Source of the DNA: Squalus acanthias
Lineage: Eukaryota
Assembly: GCA_030390025.1 (NCBI GenBank)
Contig: CM059428.1
Location: 168,578,001 to 168,642,000 of the forward strand
Length of the DNA stretch: 64,000 nucleotides
Reading direction: 5' to 3'
Shown here piece after piece: positions 38,522-51,491 of this stretch (position 1 is the stretch's first letter; every line of letters begins with the position of its first letter). The translations under genes and the position numbers were made by a program. The notes under the pieces were generated by a model. It searched no databases and was not told the DNA's origin. It worked only from the letters and a program-made list of their open reading frames with translations.

Positions 38522-41244
38522 CTGCAGAAAATTAAATCGTAATGGTGAGGCATGAATTATACTGATTTACAGCTGGAAACTATTAAAATTAGCTATTATA
38601 GGATGCATAGTGAGATGGAGAAGAAAGATCAAGAACTTCATTCCCAACTAGAAGATAAATTCCAGGGACTCTAGACTCTACAAATTGCCTGCCACAGTTG
38701 GACAGCTTTAATTTCTTTTTGAAAAAAATAAAAATAGAAATGAAAAACCGGCTAATGCTGGAAATCTGAAATAAAACACAAAATGCTGGAAATACACATC
38801 AGTCAGTATATGTAAAGAAAAAGATTTTGAGGCCTCCCGTCATGTGTAAATGGAGCATTAGAGCCGGGAATAGTGGGGTATGACGTACTGCCCCGTTCCC
38901 ACCGACAGTGTGACTTCAATGGGAAGTACAATCGGGCGCACTGTAAAACAGGCGGCCGATCCAATTTCGTCAGTTTCCTGCCAGGCGGGTTAGGTTAATG
39001 TTACCCCCACTGAGTTGGTTTAGCAGTACTTGCTGCTGTTTTTGCCGTTGATAATTTTGTAGCAGTCTCTGGTGAAGCTCAGATTGAAGCTGTTGGGTTT
39101 GCCACTTTTTCAGTAATCTAAAGACAGGCAAAGCAAGCACTGAATGCTAGGGTATGTTTGTAGGTCCCACGTGACAGTCGCTGCTCTGAACCTGCCAGAT
39201 GGAGCAGGAGAGGTACTGCATTGATAGAACATGATTTTCACAGTGCCTTTCTGATTGCACTGAATCCTGGCAACTTGCGCAGTCTGTGAAATTAAGAACA
39301 GGCATAACTATCAGACAACAAGCTTCATCTTGTATCCAGACCTGGACTGAGACAGATGTCAGAAGGGCTCCACAGCTATGGGAGAAGCACTGCATATTTT
39401 TATGTAAACAGAAGAGAACCCCATGGATATCCAGTTTAGGTCACAAGAGGTTTCACTATTACACCCCAAATCACGCAATCATACAAGTATATATCGGGCA
39501 GTTCAAGTCAACTCTAATAAAAGCAAGATGCTAAGACCATTTGTGGGAGCTATTGAAACCACCAAATCTAAAGTTGGCTACAGAAGACCCAATTTCCTAG
39601 AAACTGCTGGCAGCTACCTGGGACACTAAATTACACTGGTGGCTAAGATCATTTAAAATATTTAAAAAATTTTAAAAGTGAACAGAACTGAATCAATAAT
39701 ACCTTAACAAAAACAAGTAAAAGAGGCAGAAATTGAAATGGCATATTTAGTAGTTAAAAAGTGAGGGAAAGAATTTCAGATAAAGATAAAGTTGTGAGAG
39801 TGAGAGCTTCTGCTAGAATCTCAGAATTGTACAGCACAGAAGGAGGCCATTCAGTCACTGTGCCTGTGACAGCACTGTGAAAGAGCTATCCAATTAGTTC
39901 CCGCTGTGAAAGAGCTATCCAATTAGTCCTCGCTCTATAGAATTATAGAAAAGAATGAGTACAATATGGAAAGGAAGAAGAGCAATGGAAACAGCAAAAA
40001 AGAGCAAGAACGAGAGCAATGAAGGTTGCAAGAACAGTGGGAACATCACAAATTTGAGGGTAATATGAAGGGGAAATATAGCCAGCATGAAGGCATGTGA
40101 GGAGAAATAGCATCACTGTGTGCTTGAACTGGCAAAGAAATGTTCACCATTAGAGTCCCCAGTGAATCATGGTACTCAGGTTCCATATTTTATTAAATCT
40201 ATTCTTATTCCAAATTTTAAAGAGGGGACATGATATTGATAGTTTTATTCAGGCATTTAAATTGTTCGCTGGTCATTGCAAATGGGACAAATATGAATGG
40301 GAGTTTACTCATTCATGTCACTCATTTTAATAGAGAATGAGGTAGAAATAGAGAAAGCAGTAGAGGTGGGCAGGGCGCCAGCAAGTGGCATGCCACATGC
40401 TTCTAGAGGTTTCACAGTCTCGGGAGACGTGGATAGTAGAAACTGAGGAGGGATGGAGGAGGTGCAGTGAACCAACCATGCCTGATGGCTCAGGGACAGG
40501 CAGATCAAAAACTCATCCTTCACACAAACTAAACTTAAAAGGGCACCATATCCTGGGAGGATGTGTTTAGCCATCCAGGAGCACATGGGATGTTCAGGAA
40601 GCAGGTCTGCATCACAGGAAGATTTACTAGGATACTGCTAAAATAACAAACACCTGCAAAAAAACATGCACTTATTAAGAGACCCAAATCCTTATGTAGT
40701 AAAATAAACAAAAGGCACTCTGAAACCACGGACACTTGCAAATTACGAACTACTAACAGACAGCCTTCAATGCAGCAAGCTCTTTTACACTTATAACATG
40801 GAACGCAGCCTGTTGCAAAGCTGCTGTATCTGGAACTTTCAGAGTCGGGATTATTGGCGCTTCACCTTGCAGCCTGCTTCCTTTTTGCCCCAAAATTCTT
40901 GGGAGGTCTTTGCATGCCGGTCAGCACGAGGCAGCAGCGGGTTTTGTGCAAGAAACGGCTTTTGTGGAATGGGGAGTGATTTACCCAGCATGCATAGCGG
41001 CAGAGAAACTGCTCTCTCTCTGGAATTGAATGCTTGCACAACTCTATCCCAGGGATAGAGCAGTATCTCTGTTGCTATGGATACTGAGTAAATAACTCCC
41101 CATTTTACTGAAAATTTTTACAATGCATACAATGACCATTTTGAAAATAAGGATACCTGCAAAAATAGGCAGCCATTCCCTAAGGTGTCCGTAATTTACA
41201 GGTTTCACGGTATGAAGAAAGACTTGGAAAATTGAGACTGTTTT

Positions 41245-41560
41245 CATTGGAACAAGAGACCAAGGGGTGATTTGATAGAGGTGTGTAAAATTATGAAGGG
41301 ATGGGACCGAGAAGATAGAAATAGGTCACTGAGGGAGCTAGGATAAGGGGACATAGATATAAAATTAAATGCAGAAGATTTAGGACAGGAAGCAGGAGAA
41401 ACATTTTTTTTTTTACACAGAGGGTTGTGAGGCTGAGAAATGTACTCAGAGTTAACGAATAAAGCAGAGACCATGTCAGCATTTAAGAATAGGTTAGATA
41501 GTGATTGAAGGAAAGGGCAATAAAGGGATATGGAAACAAAGTGGGCACTTGGGAATAGAA
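41245..41560 (+). mobile_element. Decayed CR1 3' fragment
   Basis: aggggtgatttgatagaggtgtgtaaaattatga and ttttacacagagggttgtga match the other CR1 copies. Confidence 0.75.
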
Positions 41561-41714
41561 CTACATCTACTATTACTAAAATAAATTCGACACCTGTGTT
41601 TTTGCAAACTGCCACCCCATCTCCAACCTCACTTTCCTCTTCAAAGTTGTTGAAAGTGTTCTTGCCTCCCAAATACGTGACCATCTTTCCCGCAAGTCCA
41701 TGTTTGAATCTCTG

Positions 41715-41822
41715 CAGTTCAGATGAAAGGTCATCGACCTGAAACGTTATCCTATTTTTCTCCCTCCACAGATACCGTCTGATCTGCTGAGTGTTTCCAA
41801 TATTTTCTGTTTGTATTTCAGA
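41715..41822 (+). mobile_element. Penelope-like fragment with degenerate hammerhead core
   Basis: cagttcagatgaaaggtcatcgacctgaaacgtta...ccacagata..ctgatctgctgagtgtttcca. Confidence 0.55.
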
Positions 41823-41879
41823 CAGTTTACACCCTCAGCATCCTATCCGACCCCAAGCTGAGCAAAAATAGGATAACAT

Positions 41880-42060
41880 TCCATATGCTCTCCATCGCAA
41901 AGACTGCCTACTTCCACTTGCATAACATTGCTCACCTCTACCCTGCCTCAGCCCATCTATTGCTGAAAATCTCATCCTTTCCTTTGTCATCTCTAAACCA
42001 GACTATTCCAATGCTCTGCTTGCCAGCCCCCTATCTTCTCCTCTCAGTTCTCCATTAACT
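41880..42060 (+). mobile_element. Old L2 fragment
   Basis: gcctacttccacttgcataacattgc and gactattccaatgctct match the L2 RT C-terminus. Confidence 0.7.
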
Positions 42061-42511
42061 CCGTCCTGTAAACTACTATGAGCCCAAGTAAAAACTGAGC
42101 TGATTTGCCCATCAGATTTCCGCCACATTGGAAAGTATCTTATTTCCAGTACGTTCCTAAGACAACCCAGCAGCGGTCAGAAGTTCGCTGTAGTCTTGAA
42201 ATTGAGCAAGATATAGATATGTAAATTTCTCCATTAAAATAGTTGACAAAGAAATTTTGTTAAACATTCATACGTCAATATGCTCCTAAAATAATTTAAA
42301 AGTTTTTGTAAGGAACCATTGAGGAAGAGCAATGCCCTAACACTACATAACTGGCACACCAATTAGCTGTGCCACTGGGTTGCCATTGATATCCAAGTCT
42401 ATTTTCCTTCATAACACTTAGGTTTTAGCTATCACTCATTCCCTCTTTTTATCTTTTTCTATTTACCCAACTTTCTCTGATAGTGGAAGGAATTTGTGTG
42501 TGTATTCATAC

Positions 42512-42624
42512 CTTAAACCATTTAACTTCTGCGTTGGCTCTTGAGAGTTCACATTCAATAATAACTTTATCTTTCTCTGGAACTTTGATATCTTCTAAAG
42601 CTTTGGCAAAAGTCACCGGAGGCT
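42512..42624 (-). CDS. OBSCN: Obscurin exon G, N-terminal half Ig domain (113 nt; EPPVTFAKALEDIKVPEKDKVIIECELSRANAEVKWFK)
   Basis: Not in the ORF track; read manually. Acceptor tttttaccag|AG, donor TAAG|gtatga, phase 1-0. Together with exon H gives 267 nt. Confidence 0.92.
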
Positions 42625-45600
42625 CTGGTAAAAAAAAAGAATGAGAATAAGAGAATAACTGCAACTGGTGCGAACTTTAAAAAATTGGACCTTTAGGCAC
42701 TTGAAAAGCTTCACTTTTAAACTTTTTAATGTTAATGTTATCAGAGAGACAATAGCTCCATTAGTTAAATTTTAAACCAGCATTTGGATGTTTTGCAGCC
42801 AGTGTCATTATATGTGCATGCTGTAATTGCAGGGACATCACATGACTGCACCCAGAGGTTTAAGGCCACAGCCATCCCAACAGAGTCACACCAACCTCGA
42901 CCTGCCACCAGAGTTGTTCCTCCTTCACAGGGAGAACTTAGACACAGCATTAGACCAAGAATTAGGACACGCACTCCTTGTAGCAGAATCAAGGGGAATC
43001 ATGGCAGCTTACATCACTTCATCACTGTTAATAGCACTAAATAAATATTGATCTGGAGCTGGAAAATAGTAATTCAGCTCAAGTAGAGTGAACTTGGCGG
43101 CTGCAAAGTGAGAGATTTAATCGGACAAGGTTCATCAGTGGGAGGAGATGTCCATTACTAGAAGTGGTTATCAAGCACAGAGTTCCACATCAAGTCCCTC
43201 CAGGTCACACTCCTCTTTCTGTGGGCCTGCAGCTTTATAGACCACCCTCCTTGCCCTGCTGCAAGCTCAAACTCCTCAGATTTAGAATTGATCAGCATGC
43301 AGCAGAGAGTGATAATCTTGGAGACTTTGGCCTACGCTTCTTGCTAGGTTGGTGTGTTGTCAAAAATTCAGAGAGAGCAGGCAATTCCGCCCACCGCTCA
43401 AGTGTAGGATGTGTTTTCCAGGGTTAGCTAATTTGCATGAACAAGGGCAGACTGCTGATGGAGATCCACCAGTGATTGAGCACAGGCAATAGAGGAAGCA
43501 AAAATCACAGGAACACAACAGGATGTAAAGTCCTGCTTTTTCTCTTCGGATCATGATCTGTTGAGTTTCTTGAAAGTTTGCACTTACAATTGCAGGCAGA
43601 AGAACAAGAAGAAGAAATACATTTTCACAAAGTGCTGAGTAGGAGTTCAAAGAGTAATCTGAGAGAAGAAACAGAGAAGAAATTGGGAAATTTTAAGGAA
43701 TGGCCTCAAAGACACATAAGGGATGTTTCTCAACCAAGTTTACAGGATGGGGAGCTGAAGGTGCTCCTTCAGGAAGTCATGAAAAAGAGGACAGGGAAAG
43801 AGGTTTCTTGAGTATGGTGATGGCAGCACAGTGACTTAGACTGCGAGTGTCACCTTCACAATCCTTTGATCAGCAGTTCAGTGCCACAAACAATTAATGA
43901 CCTGATGAGGATGGGCAATGTAAGTTTGGGCTTTTGAAGCTTAACATAAACATCTGCGCTGCCATGTGTGTTAATTTCCTACTACTCAGCCACGGGACAC
44001 TTGAAAAGTGCTCATGCTTGCCCAAGTTCCTCACTGCTTTAATCCACTCTAACGCCAATTGTCTCAGGCATGTCTGAATGCTCCAGCTTGAGAGAGTCTG
44101 GTCACGTTACCGATTAGAAACATCCTTTCTCACTCACTTGAATGATCAGCATGTGGGATGAAACACCAATATGTCTCTCACACTTCTCATGTTACCCTTG
44201 CAGGAAAAAAGATGAATCACAATTTGAGGAAAAGCAGCATATAGGCTCTAACTCTCCTTTCAAGAGGAGGTCATAGAGATTCGCACAATGCCTGGGGCTG
44301 AAAGCGTGGGAGATGGTGACGTGGGAGAGCAGGTGCCAGTTGAGGATGTCAAACTACTCCCGGGCTCTCCATCTGGCGCTGATTATACAGAACGCAAAAG
44401 CAAACCACAGCAGGATCAGGCTCTATCCTATTAGGCATGTTAGCAGATGGCCTCCATGTCACATTGTCATTCTTATTTTCCCTTTTTCCCCCCATGCCAC
44501 TTGGAATTGCAGCAGCAATTGGGAACACCTCAGGAGTGTGGCTTCACAAACTCAGAAAGATAGAAGGAAATAAAATAATGCAAGAGGTTCAGTGCAAAAA
44601 TAGAGAAATAGTCCCAGTCAAAACATATACTTCAACAGCAACTGAAACAATAGCCCATAAACTCCGTACTTTCATACGGCAGAATTTGGCCGTAGGACAG
44701 GAGAGGGACAGAACCTGCCTACACTAGATTTAAACCTTTGAAAGCTACACCAGCATATTCCAATAAAGGAGGGTGGACACTTTTGCTTGTGCTCCATCCA
44801 TCTTGATGTCTGTTTGGGGATATGTCCACCTGTTCCGCTGGGTGGGCACCTCTATAACGCCACTACTGACACATGGTACCCGCTGCTAACATGTCCCCAG
44901 GATTTAGGACAAGGTCACGGTGGGGACAAGGCAGTGGGCGGCTGGTCTGCCCGGCTGCACTTCTAGGTCAATATCTTCAAGAAGCACGCCAAAGCAGGTC
45001 AAGCCTGTCGAGCAGTCATGTGCCCATTTTATGTGGGCGAGGTGCACACTGGGGAGAGTCTCTACCAGTGTTATGAAATTTGCATAAATAAAGAACTTAA
45101 ATAAGGCTTGTGCAGCATTATTTTGGCCCTCGAAATTGCACATCGCAAAATGCTAAATTTTGCACCTGTACCCGTCGCCAGCAAGACCCCATTGCTGCCA
45201 GTGAAGTCTCACAAAATTAATCCTTAAATCTCACGGTTTTGTAGTTTAATATGAACATCCTTCATACAGTTTGGAAATCTTTCATAATCATATAAATTTA
45301 AAAAGAGATGTGTGTGTGATGGAGGGAGGTGCGCAGAGGATAAATTTTCTATAAATTAATTGGGAAATTTTCTGTGACATCAGTCTTTCCAACCATCACA
45401 ACACAGTCTCCAGTATTAATTATACGTCTATTTGATAATAGGCTTCAGGTCTACCAGGAGGTGGCACCACAACCATAATTTACCAACATGTCAAGACTTT
45501 ACCAGCTATCCACCAGTTTGTAATGCTTAGTGTCTGCATTTGCAGTTTTACTGAAAGCCTCATTTTTACTAGGAATCCCTCCTTGCTTCACAATTTGATG

Positions 45601-46329
45601 AATTTAAACATGGTTCACTCAATCGTGACAAAGTTATTATTGATTAATTGGCTACATCAAAGGATAATGGCATTATTTTAAAAAAGGTGCAGGGAGCATA
45701 GCTCAATTATTTACTACAGCAATAATAGACTTCAGTGATATATTAACAAGCACCAGGACAGAAGGGAAATGTTTGCGTGTTCATGATGATGTTGTTTAAT
45801 GAGTTATCCCACTGGTCGCACTGTTTTAAAAGTGTATTGCTATAAAGCAATGAAGTCTTGCTGTGCTGTATATACCAAAGAAGTTTTGGCAAAGATTTTT
45901 TTCTTATACATCCAAAATCTCATCTAAATACTCTGGTCTTGAAATAATAATCTATAATCTATAAATGCTTAACGCGCATGTCTAAAATTCCTTTGGCCGC
46001 TGTTTTAACAAATGCTTTAACCCACTGAAAATAAATGGATTTATGCATCTGATAAATTAGTGAAGCTTGGAATTTTAAAGTTTAAATTCTAGGCTGGATA
46101 ATTCTGAAATGTCTAATTTTAAAATACATTAATATAGTAGTATCATTTAAATAAGATCATTGTTAGTGGCAGCCAAAAAAGGAATAGTTATTTTTGTTAT
46201 CTACATCTTAGAATTTATACTATTTACAATGTGAATTGAATGACTATTGATTGTCTTTTTTTTCCAAAAAGGTAAATGAATGTTTGGAGGTATTGTAAAT
46301 GTTATTTTTATATCTTCTTTAGGTCTCCT

Positions 46330-47803
46330 AAGGATCAGTGCTTGGGCCGCAGCTATTCATAACCTATATCAATGATTTGGATGAGGGGACCAAATGTAAT
46401 ATATCCAAGTTTGCTGATGATACAAAGCTAGGTGGGAATGTAAGTTGTGAGGAGGAAGCAAAGAGACTTCAAGGGGATATAGACAGGCTAAGTGAGTGGG
46501 CAAGAACATGGCAAATGGAATATAATGTGGAGAAATGTGAAGTTATCCACTTTGGTAGGAAAAATAGAAAAGTAGAGTATTTTTTAAATGGTGAGAAATT
46601 GGGAAATGTTGGTGTTCAGAGGGACCTGGGTGTCCTTGTACACGAATCATTGAAAGTTAACATGCAGGTGCAGCAAGCAATTAGGAAAGAAAATGGTATG
46701 TTAGCCTTTATTACAAGAGGATTTAAGTATATAAGAGTAAAGACGTCTTGCTGCAATTATATAGGGCCCTGGTGAGACCACACCTGGAGTATTGTGTACC
46801 GTTTTGGTCTCCTTACCTAAGGAAGGATATACTTGCCATAGAGGGAGTGCAACGAAAAAGACTTGCATTTATATAGCGCTTTTCATGACCACCGGACGTC
46901 TCAAAGCACTTTACAGCCAATGAAGTACTTTTGGAGTGTAGTCACTGTTGTAATGTGGGATACGCGGCAGCCAATTTGCGCACAGCAAGCTCCCACAAAC
47001 AGCAATGTGATAATGACCAGATAATCTGTTTTTGTTATGTTGATTGAGGGATAAATATTGGCCAGGACACCGGGGATAACTCCCCTGCTCTTCTTCGAAA
47101 TAGTGCCATGGGATCTTTTACGTCCACCTGAGAGAGCAGACGGGGCCTCGGTTTACGTCTCATCCGAAAGACAGCACCTCCGACAGTGCAGCACTCCCTC
47201 AGCACTGCACTGGAGTGTCAGCCTAGATTTATATGCTCAAGTCCCTGGAGTGGGACTTGAACCCACAACCTACTGACTCAGAGGCGAGTGTGCTGCCCAC
47301 TGAGCCACAGCTGACAAAGGTTCACCAGACTGATTCCTGGGATGGGGGGATTGTCCTACGAGGACAGATTGAGTAGACTAGGCCTATATTCTCTAGAGTT
47401 TAAAAGAATGAGGGGTGATCTCAGTGAAACATACAACATTTTTACAGGGATTGACAGAGTAGATGCAGGGAGGATGTTTCCCCTGGCTGAGGAGTCTAGA
47501 ACCAGAGGTCACAGTCTCAGAATAAGGGGTAGGCCATTTAGGACTGAGATGAGGAGAAATTTCTTCACTCAGAGGGTGGTGAATCTTTGGAATTCTCTAC
47601 CCCAGAGGGGTTGTAGAGGCTCAGTCATTGAGTATATTCAAGAGAGAGATCGATAGATTTTTGGATATTAAGGGAATCAAGAGATATGGGGATAGTTCAG
47701 GAAAGTGGAGTTGAGGTACAAGATCAGCCATGATCTTATTGAATGGCGGAGCAGGCTCGATGGGCCGAATGGCCTGCTCCTATTTCTTATGTTCTTATGT
47801 TCT
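46330..47803 (+). mobile_element. 5'-truncated CR1 LINE interrupted by a SINE
   Basis: LGPQLFITYINDLD...KFADDTKL (46338..46775), resuming after the SINE with LSYEDRL...NLWNSLP and the tail. Possible tctcct duplication (46324-46329, 47801-47806). Confidence 0.93.
46857..47316 (-). mobile_element. Near full-length SacSINE1-like Deu-domain SINE
   Basis: tRNA-like head TGGCTCAGTGG...GGTTCAAGTCC, Deu core GATCCCATGGCACTATTT...GATTATCTGGTCATTATCACATTGCTG, L2-like tail GCGCTATATAAATGCAAGTCTTTTT. Confidence 0.9.
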
Positions 47804-48345
47804 CCTCACAGCATGCACCGAACAGTAGTTGAGAGTGCAAGAACACAATACCAGCAGATACTAAGGAGCTAATCTAATTAATTAAGCTAGACATTAAAGG
47901 AGAAGGAAAGTGTAAGGGAGTTCTTTTCACTCAAACTGCTGCCTCTTTCTCTGGAACAGAATTAGAAACTTACCTTAAAATTCTGTGTTTTTAAAATATC
48001 ACTTTTATCGTTCGAATCAAGGATTGTTTCTCTCCTGCTAGGCTACTCCAGTGATGTGAATTAGGGGAAACAGCCCATGCGTACTGTAGCAGCTCAACTA
48101 CAAACAGGGGCGCTACTTCAAAATGGCCCAAGAACCATTCAGCAGCTGGCTGGAAAACCACACTACAGACTGGGTATATGGGCATCCTAGGAGATGAACC
48201 TAGGGTCTCCCTGCCAGGAATAAAATTAACTTTTTTTTAAATCGAAGAAATCTAAATGAGATTGTTTTCTTTTATAAAAAGGTGAGTACTCTGATGTCTC
48301 ATTGTAAACCCCAAGACTTTTCTTGACCATTAACTAAAGGTTTAC

Positions 48346-48612
48346 CTGTTACAATGAGTCTTCCAGATGTACGTATGTCTTCAGCTTGGAAGCTAATCAG
48401 CCCTGAATCCTCAAGCTTCAAAGTGGACAGTGTCAGGGCATGCTTTTTGCCCAGTGTGGTAATCCTGCAGTTGGCTCCTGATTTCAGTCTGATACTATCC
48501 TTCAACCAGGTTACTTCCACATCTTCATGGGACAGCTCAACTTCAAAAGTGTAAGTTTCTTTCTCGTGCACTTTCACCTCCTCCAATTCTTTGATCAGTT
48601 TAATTTTTCTCA
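48346..48612 (-). CDS. OBSCN: Obscurin exon F, Ig domain (267 nt; MRKIKLIKEL...GRLIVT)
   Basis: Acceptor tttaaatag|TG, donor ACAG|gtaaac. Confidence 0.93.
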
Positions 48613-48917
48613 CTATTTAAACAAAGAATTGTTATTAATATTCTTAGTAATAAATCGGTGATCGACAAAACATTATAAGCAAAAGGTGACAAGTGGTAAA
48701 AATTAAGAGTTCATCAGGGAAGAAAGCTTAATTTGTGGATACTGAAATTAGATATTTTGGACCCCACATATTCATGGGTATCATTAGTTTGATACCTTAG
48801 TTAGACTGTATCTGGTATGCTGGATATCGCTGAGAACGGAGACAAAATGGAATTTGAGACCAGTCTTACAAAATATGTATCAACTGTGTCTTCTATGTTT
48901 CTATTATCTTCTATGTT

Positions 48918-49053
48918 TCTATCAAGGGATATGGGGAGAAAGCAGGGACAGGGTACTGAATTTGGATAATCAGCCATGATCTCATTAAATGGCGGAGCAG
49001 GCTCGAGGGGCCGAATGGCCTACTCCTGCTCCTATCTTCTATGTCTTCTATGT
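48918..49053 (+). mobile_element. Short CR1 3' end
   Basis: atcaagggatatgggg...cagccatgatc...gggccgaatggcctactcctgctcct. Confidence 0.85.
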
Positions 49054-51304
49054 ATGTTCACCCTGATTAGTGTAATCTTCGAGGGAAACTTACATGCATA
49101 TTATGAATCGTTGCAGGTCACATATAAAGTTTAAATCAATTTTAATCTGTATACAATAAAGTTGTAGCTAGCAATAGATCTTCATGTTTTGATTAAAGAT
49201 TTATCCATTAATCACAAAACCGCACTAAAATAGCTCTTTCCAAAATTCCAGGCCTACAAAATTTAAACAGGACAAACCAAGAAGAAATAAATATAAATGC
49301 TAAGACAAACCTTGACTTTGTGGCCTGATTTTCAGGGTTTATGATTGCATAGGGCCCTGGGGCTGGTATAGACCCCCTAATATATAGAACTATGTTCACC
49401 ATCAATTCAGGCTAACTATATAATTGAACTTGCAACTCCAAAGCACATCCAAAATATCTTAGTTTTAACATGAGCCCTTAAGAACACTGCGAGTTATATT
49501 TCAAACTAGTCAAGATACACCCTGGACTAGAATTTCCTCAGTGGTGGATTTACCACCGAAACTGCACTTCCGCCCATCAGTGTATCTCCGCCAAAAACTA
49601 GCCCAATTTTCCTCCGTGCACCTTCATTATATATTCACGGCAGACTTCTGGCTCTATTAGCACCTTCTATAGGCAGTCTGCCTATGGACAAGCGGAAACT
49701 ACAGTGATGCTGCTGTACCTGAAAGAGACCAAGCCAGATATCCATGCCTATTAGAACCTGGCTCGCTGCAATGTCCCAGACTGGTGCTTCTTTAGGGCAC
49801 CAAGCCCATAAATTTAGAGGCTCTTCAGTTAAGGTGTTACTGTCTATAAGCCATAAAGAAACTCCAATTTTTTTGACATCAAGGGAAAGCAGACTAAAGA
49901 CCACCGTTTCTCCCCTTGGTGCCTACTCTCTGTCCTCCTACTTCTTCTATAGTGACAGAAGGTCCTGAGGTGGTTAGCTGATGATTTGCACCAGGTGCTT
50001 TCATGGATTAAGAACCAGTTCTAATAGAAGGAGGTAGCCTTGACAGTGAGTGCCATCACCAGCAACTCCACACAGTTATACAGTACTGGATAATATTCAC
50101 TAACCTCTACAGGGCAGTATGCAAACAGAAGTCAGTCACACCTTGCAACAGTGCACTACAATAAGCATGTTTCCCAGTTGCAGCCACCTTGCCTTCACTG
50201 TTCTGAACACTATTCACAACCTATCATCTACATCAAGGAGTTATCACAGTACTCTTCACACCCCTTCCTTCTGCCACAAGTGTTTCTTTACTCAAACAGA
50301 GAAGCAGCGGATGACTGGCATTGCCCGCACCTGTTCCCACTCCATTAAGGAATATCTTCTGAATGGGTTGCATTCCAAATGATGGCACGTAGACTTCCTT
50401 CATTCTCTCTGCTCTATTCTTAAAGGAGAAATGACCCACAACCAAAGACAAGGACGACCACCTACATCCACTAAGGCTCCTGCTGCAAATTATCAACAGG
50501 CCACCTCAGAAATCATGTCACATATAGAAGAAGTAGGAGGCTAGGATTGAAAGGACACACAAGAGTAGGCACCAAGGAGATGCACAGTGGTCTTAAACAG
50601 TAAGAAGGTTGTCAGATTTGTTTCCATTCGAGATGATTTTTGTCACTAATAGGGTTTGTACAGAATGATTTGGGGCAAGGTTCCTGTGCAAAACAGTAGA
50701 ACGGTCGCCAAATTGTAATTGTGGAAGAGCGCTACATGTCATTATGCAACTAAGTAGTGTTTGTTGCTAAAAGGGAATTGTGATGCAGGACTGATCCAGC
50801 AGTTGCCTTGGATCTTAGCAAGCTGAAGGTTTCCCTTATAAATTGTGCTCAGCGCCATCTAGTAGTTGGCACAACTCAGTTATTGATTTGTGAAGGAACC
50901 ACAGCCTTCTCAAATATTGCCAAAAGTTCATGGTGAAGTAACCCCGCCTAGATTTGTAGAAAGGAAGGCATCAATACCAGCAGGCAGGGACTGGAGGCTA
51001 CTACAGTACCTATTCAGCCTGCCATGTCTCCATTGGTCCTCCTAATCCTGCTTTTCTTTCTCTTCAGAGCAGAGAACAAAAATGGGAAGGTCTAAGGGAG
51101 ACCCCCACTGGTTCCCAAAGAATATCCAAAGTTGGAACAATGGAATAAAAGGAGAAGCTGGGGGATGTAGAGAAAACTGAAGGAAACAAAAGCCCAGTCT
51201 TGCAAGGTAAAACTTAAAAAAAAACTTTAGAAATACTTAAATATATTTAAGGCTTAAAAAAAGCGAAGGAAATTTTTAGAAAATTAGGAAACACTTCTAC
51301 ACAC

Positions 51305-51491
51305 AAACTCTCTTCCGCAAATGGCAATTGATGCTAGGTCAACTGTTAATTTTAAATCGGAGATTGGTAGCTTTTTGTTAACCACAGGTATTAAGGGATA
51401 TGGGCCAAAGTTAGGTTGCAGATCAGCCATGATCTCACTGAATGGCAGAACAGGCTCGAGGGGCTGAATGGCCTACTCCTGTTCCTATGTT
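51305..51491 (+). mobile_element. Short CR1 3' end
   Basis: gatcagccatgatctcactgaatggcagaacaggctcgaggggctgaatggcctactcctgttcctatgt. Confidence 0.82.

Noticed and set aside
39874-39927. Direct repeat ctgtgaaagagctatccaattagt x2
   Set aside because: Slippage duplication inside a decayed CR1 tail with no further significance.
45780-45870. C/D-box snoRNA-like ATGATGA motif
   Set aside because: It is on the strand opposite the host transcript, with no convincing D box or terminal stem.
47240-47316. tRNA genes here and at 9300-9377 and 62160-62234
   Set aside because: A and B boxes are present, but they run into SINE bodies with no complete cloverleaf or terminator.
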